NCBI GenBank assembly: GCA_002245135.1
Contig: NGBS01000897.1
Span: 1-64,000 of the forward strand
Length of the DNA stretch: 64,000 bases
Origin: Proteromonas lacertae
Taxonomy: Eukaryota
Direction: 5' to 3'
Numbering within the stretch: the stretch's first letter is position 1; every line of letters begins with the position of its first letter. The notes below the pieces were generated by a model, which was not told the DNA's origin, ran no database searches, and saw only the letters and a list, made by a program, of their open reading frames with translations. This document shows, one piece after another, positions 62,262 through 64,000 of this stretch. The translations under genes were made by a program, and so were the position numbers.

Positions 62262-63164
62262 ATGAAATTTCTAAAAACATATTTATATCCATGTAAGACA
62301 TATGAAGAAAATGAGAATTTAGTAAAAAGAACAACATTTGATAGTACATTATGTCATTATATAGTGAAGTATTCTATTCCATATAAAGACAGAGTGAATG
62401 AAATCAAATATTATGATAGAATTAATGAACATGAGATGGAATTCATATCAGATGAAGTATTCGATTATATTTATGATTGTGTTAAACACAAAGCTGTAGA
62501 AGCTGATGTTAAGAATATGCAGGAACAATTTAGTGACTTATATCAGAATAAAGTGAAAAATGAATTTATGTTATATTGATTCAAAGAGTTAGTATGGTAT
62601 AACTGTTTGTATAATAGAGAGAAGATAACTCTTAATGATAGTGTATTAGTTGAAGAGATTGAAAATAATAAATTAATAGTATTTATGAATCTGTTTTATG
62701 GTGATATCTATTGTAGTAATGATAATAAATACTGTTTAGTTCATTTAGCAACATTGAAGAATAGAGAAATGATTTACTTATTGAATAACTGTTTTATTCA
62801 TGTAATAAATGATCAACGAGAAGTATTGGATTGTGATAATCAAATAAAGGAATGTATATGTGGATTGCAACAAATGGTGAACTTTAAAAGAATGTATTAT
62901 ATTACAGTATCCAATAATAAATCACATAAATCTCTATCTCAATCCTCACCTTTTATATCAAAAGTATTAGTGTCACATTATATTGGTAAAACAACCATCG
63001 AAAATGCAAATATTACCTATTGTAATTCAAAATTTGATGGTTTAGTATATGGAAGTGACTTCAAGATAGAAAAATCAAAAGATGTAACTGTAAAGTTTGA
63101 TATAGATAAGAATAATAAAATGAAAAAGAATTTAAAAAGACTAAAAGCATTTGGATTGGTTTGA
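62262..63164 (+). pseudogene. Unknown protein fragments, same frame separated by a stop; possibly the continuation of the kinase relic
   Basis: ORFs 62262-62579 and 62607-63164 are in frame across a TGA; no recognisable domain. Confidence 0.35.
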
Positions 63165-63743
63165 ATGAGAAATATCATCATCTTATTTTCAAATATAAAT
63201 TGTTTTGTTTAGGAATTGTTTTTCAGAGATAAGTTACATCAAACCATTACAAGATTTAGCAAATTCATTTATACTCTATTTAAGAAAATATATGAAAAAA
63301 TAATTTATAACACAAATAGAAAAAATGAAAGAAATAAAGGAAAACATTTTATTGTTAATACTAAAACACCATTTTGCGCAACAGCTAATAATAAAAAAAT
63401 GGATGAAAAACAAAATGAATTATTGACAAGCAATGAAGTTAATGTAAAGAAACCTAAATTTGGATGAGAAAATGCTGATTAAGAGAAATAGTAATACTAA
63501 AACATCTTTCGATTGATTATATTTCTTCATACTACTCTTTTTATGTTATTTTCAATTGAAAGGGTTTAATTTTAAAGTAATGGTTAGGTTTAGTATATTG
63601 CAAAACAACAACTTCATTTGCAGCAAATGGATCATTAGAAAAAGAAATAAAAGGCTTGAGAGTTGCAAGCCAAACTTCCAAAGCAGAATTAATTGATTTC
63701 AATACAAGAGAAGATAATAAAATCAATAATAATAATAGTATAT

Positions 63744-64000
63744 TTAATCTTCATCATTATAATCTTCATCTTTATCATCATCTTCATCATCTTCATCTTC
63801 ATCTTCATCACCTATAATTTCACCTTCAGGTTGATTAGACTGTTGTTGGTTAATTAGATCTATAGTTTCATTTTCTTTAACATATTTCAGTAGAAATTCG
63901 AATGTTACACGAATTGTCAATATCTCAGAATTTTCAACTTTAATTTTCTTTTCTTCATTAGATAATGCATTTTGAAGTGTTTGGAATGATGATGGGAAAG
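63744..64000 (-). CDS. 3' end of a gene with an acidic tail (enters from beyond the window)
   Basis: Open frame FPSSFQTLQNALSNEEKK...GDEDEDEDDEDDDKDEDYNDED-TAA. Confidence 0.6.
   Translation of the reverse strand, partial: FPSSFQTLQNALSNEEKKIKVENSEILTIRVTFEFLLKYVKENETIDLINQQQSNQPEGEIIGDEDEDEDDEDDDKDEDYNDED

Noticed and set aside
63216..63726. Short ORFs near the window end
   Set aside because: No motif and no consistent exon chain could be built.

Overview
Very AT-rich, gene-dense eukaryotic DNA, standard genetic code, with many ultra-short (~25-37 nt) GT..AG introns. The style resembles a Blastocystis-like anaerobic gut protist (inference, not proven). Three zones. (1) 1-18.4 kb: an island of ~16 tightly packed, mostly intron-poor glycan-building and glycan-decorating genes (GT2-like, GT77-like, GT31 x2, GT10, CgtA-like, HtrL/YibB-like, LicD, FkbM x2, AT3-SGNH O-acyltransferase, DUF229), three apparently decaying, and split by a pogo/Tigger-type transposon (23-bp TIRs, TA TSD). 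(2) 18.4-25.6 kb: a structurally complete 4.6-kb Ginger2/Tdd-like DNA transposon (48-bp TIRs, 5-bp TSD) whose integrase appears spliced onto tandem Ulp1-like protease domains, plus relics and a tRNA-like remnant. (3) 25.6-64 kb: mostly intron-rich housekeeping genes (TMEM150/DRAM-like, HAUS3-like, CNOT11, TYW3-kelch-TYW2, POLR3C, MAPK, RPS4, MMACHC-like, cyclin, MYB3R, double DH-PH-FYVE RhoGEF, importin-9), a tandem mosaic GT92 pair and degenerate kinases. All family calls come from motif recognition by eye; no searches were run. Multi-exon genes are given as overall spans.
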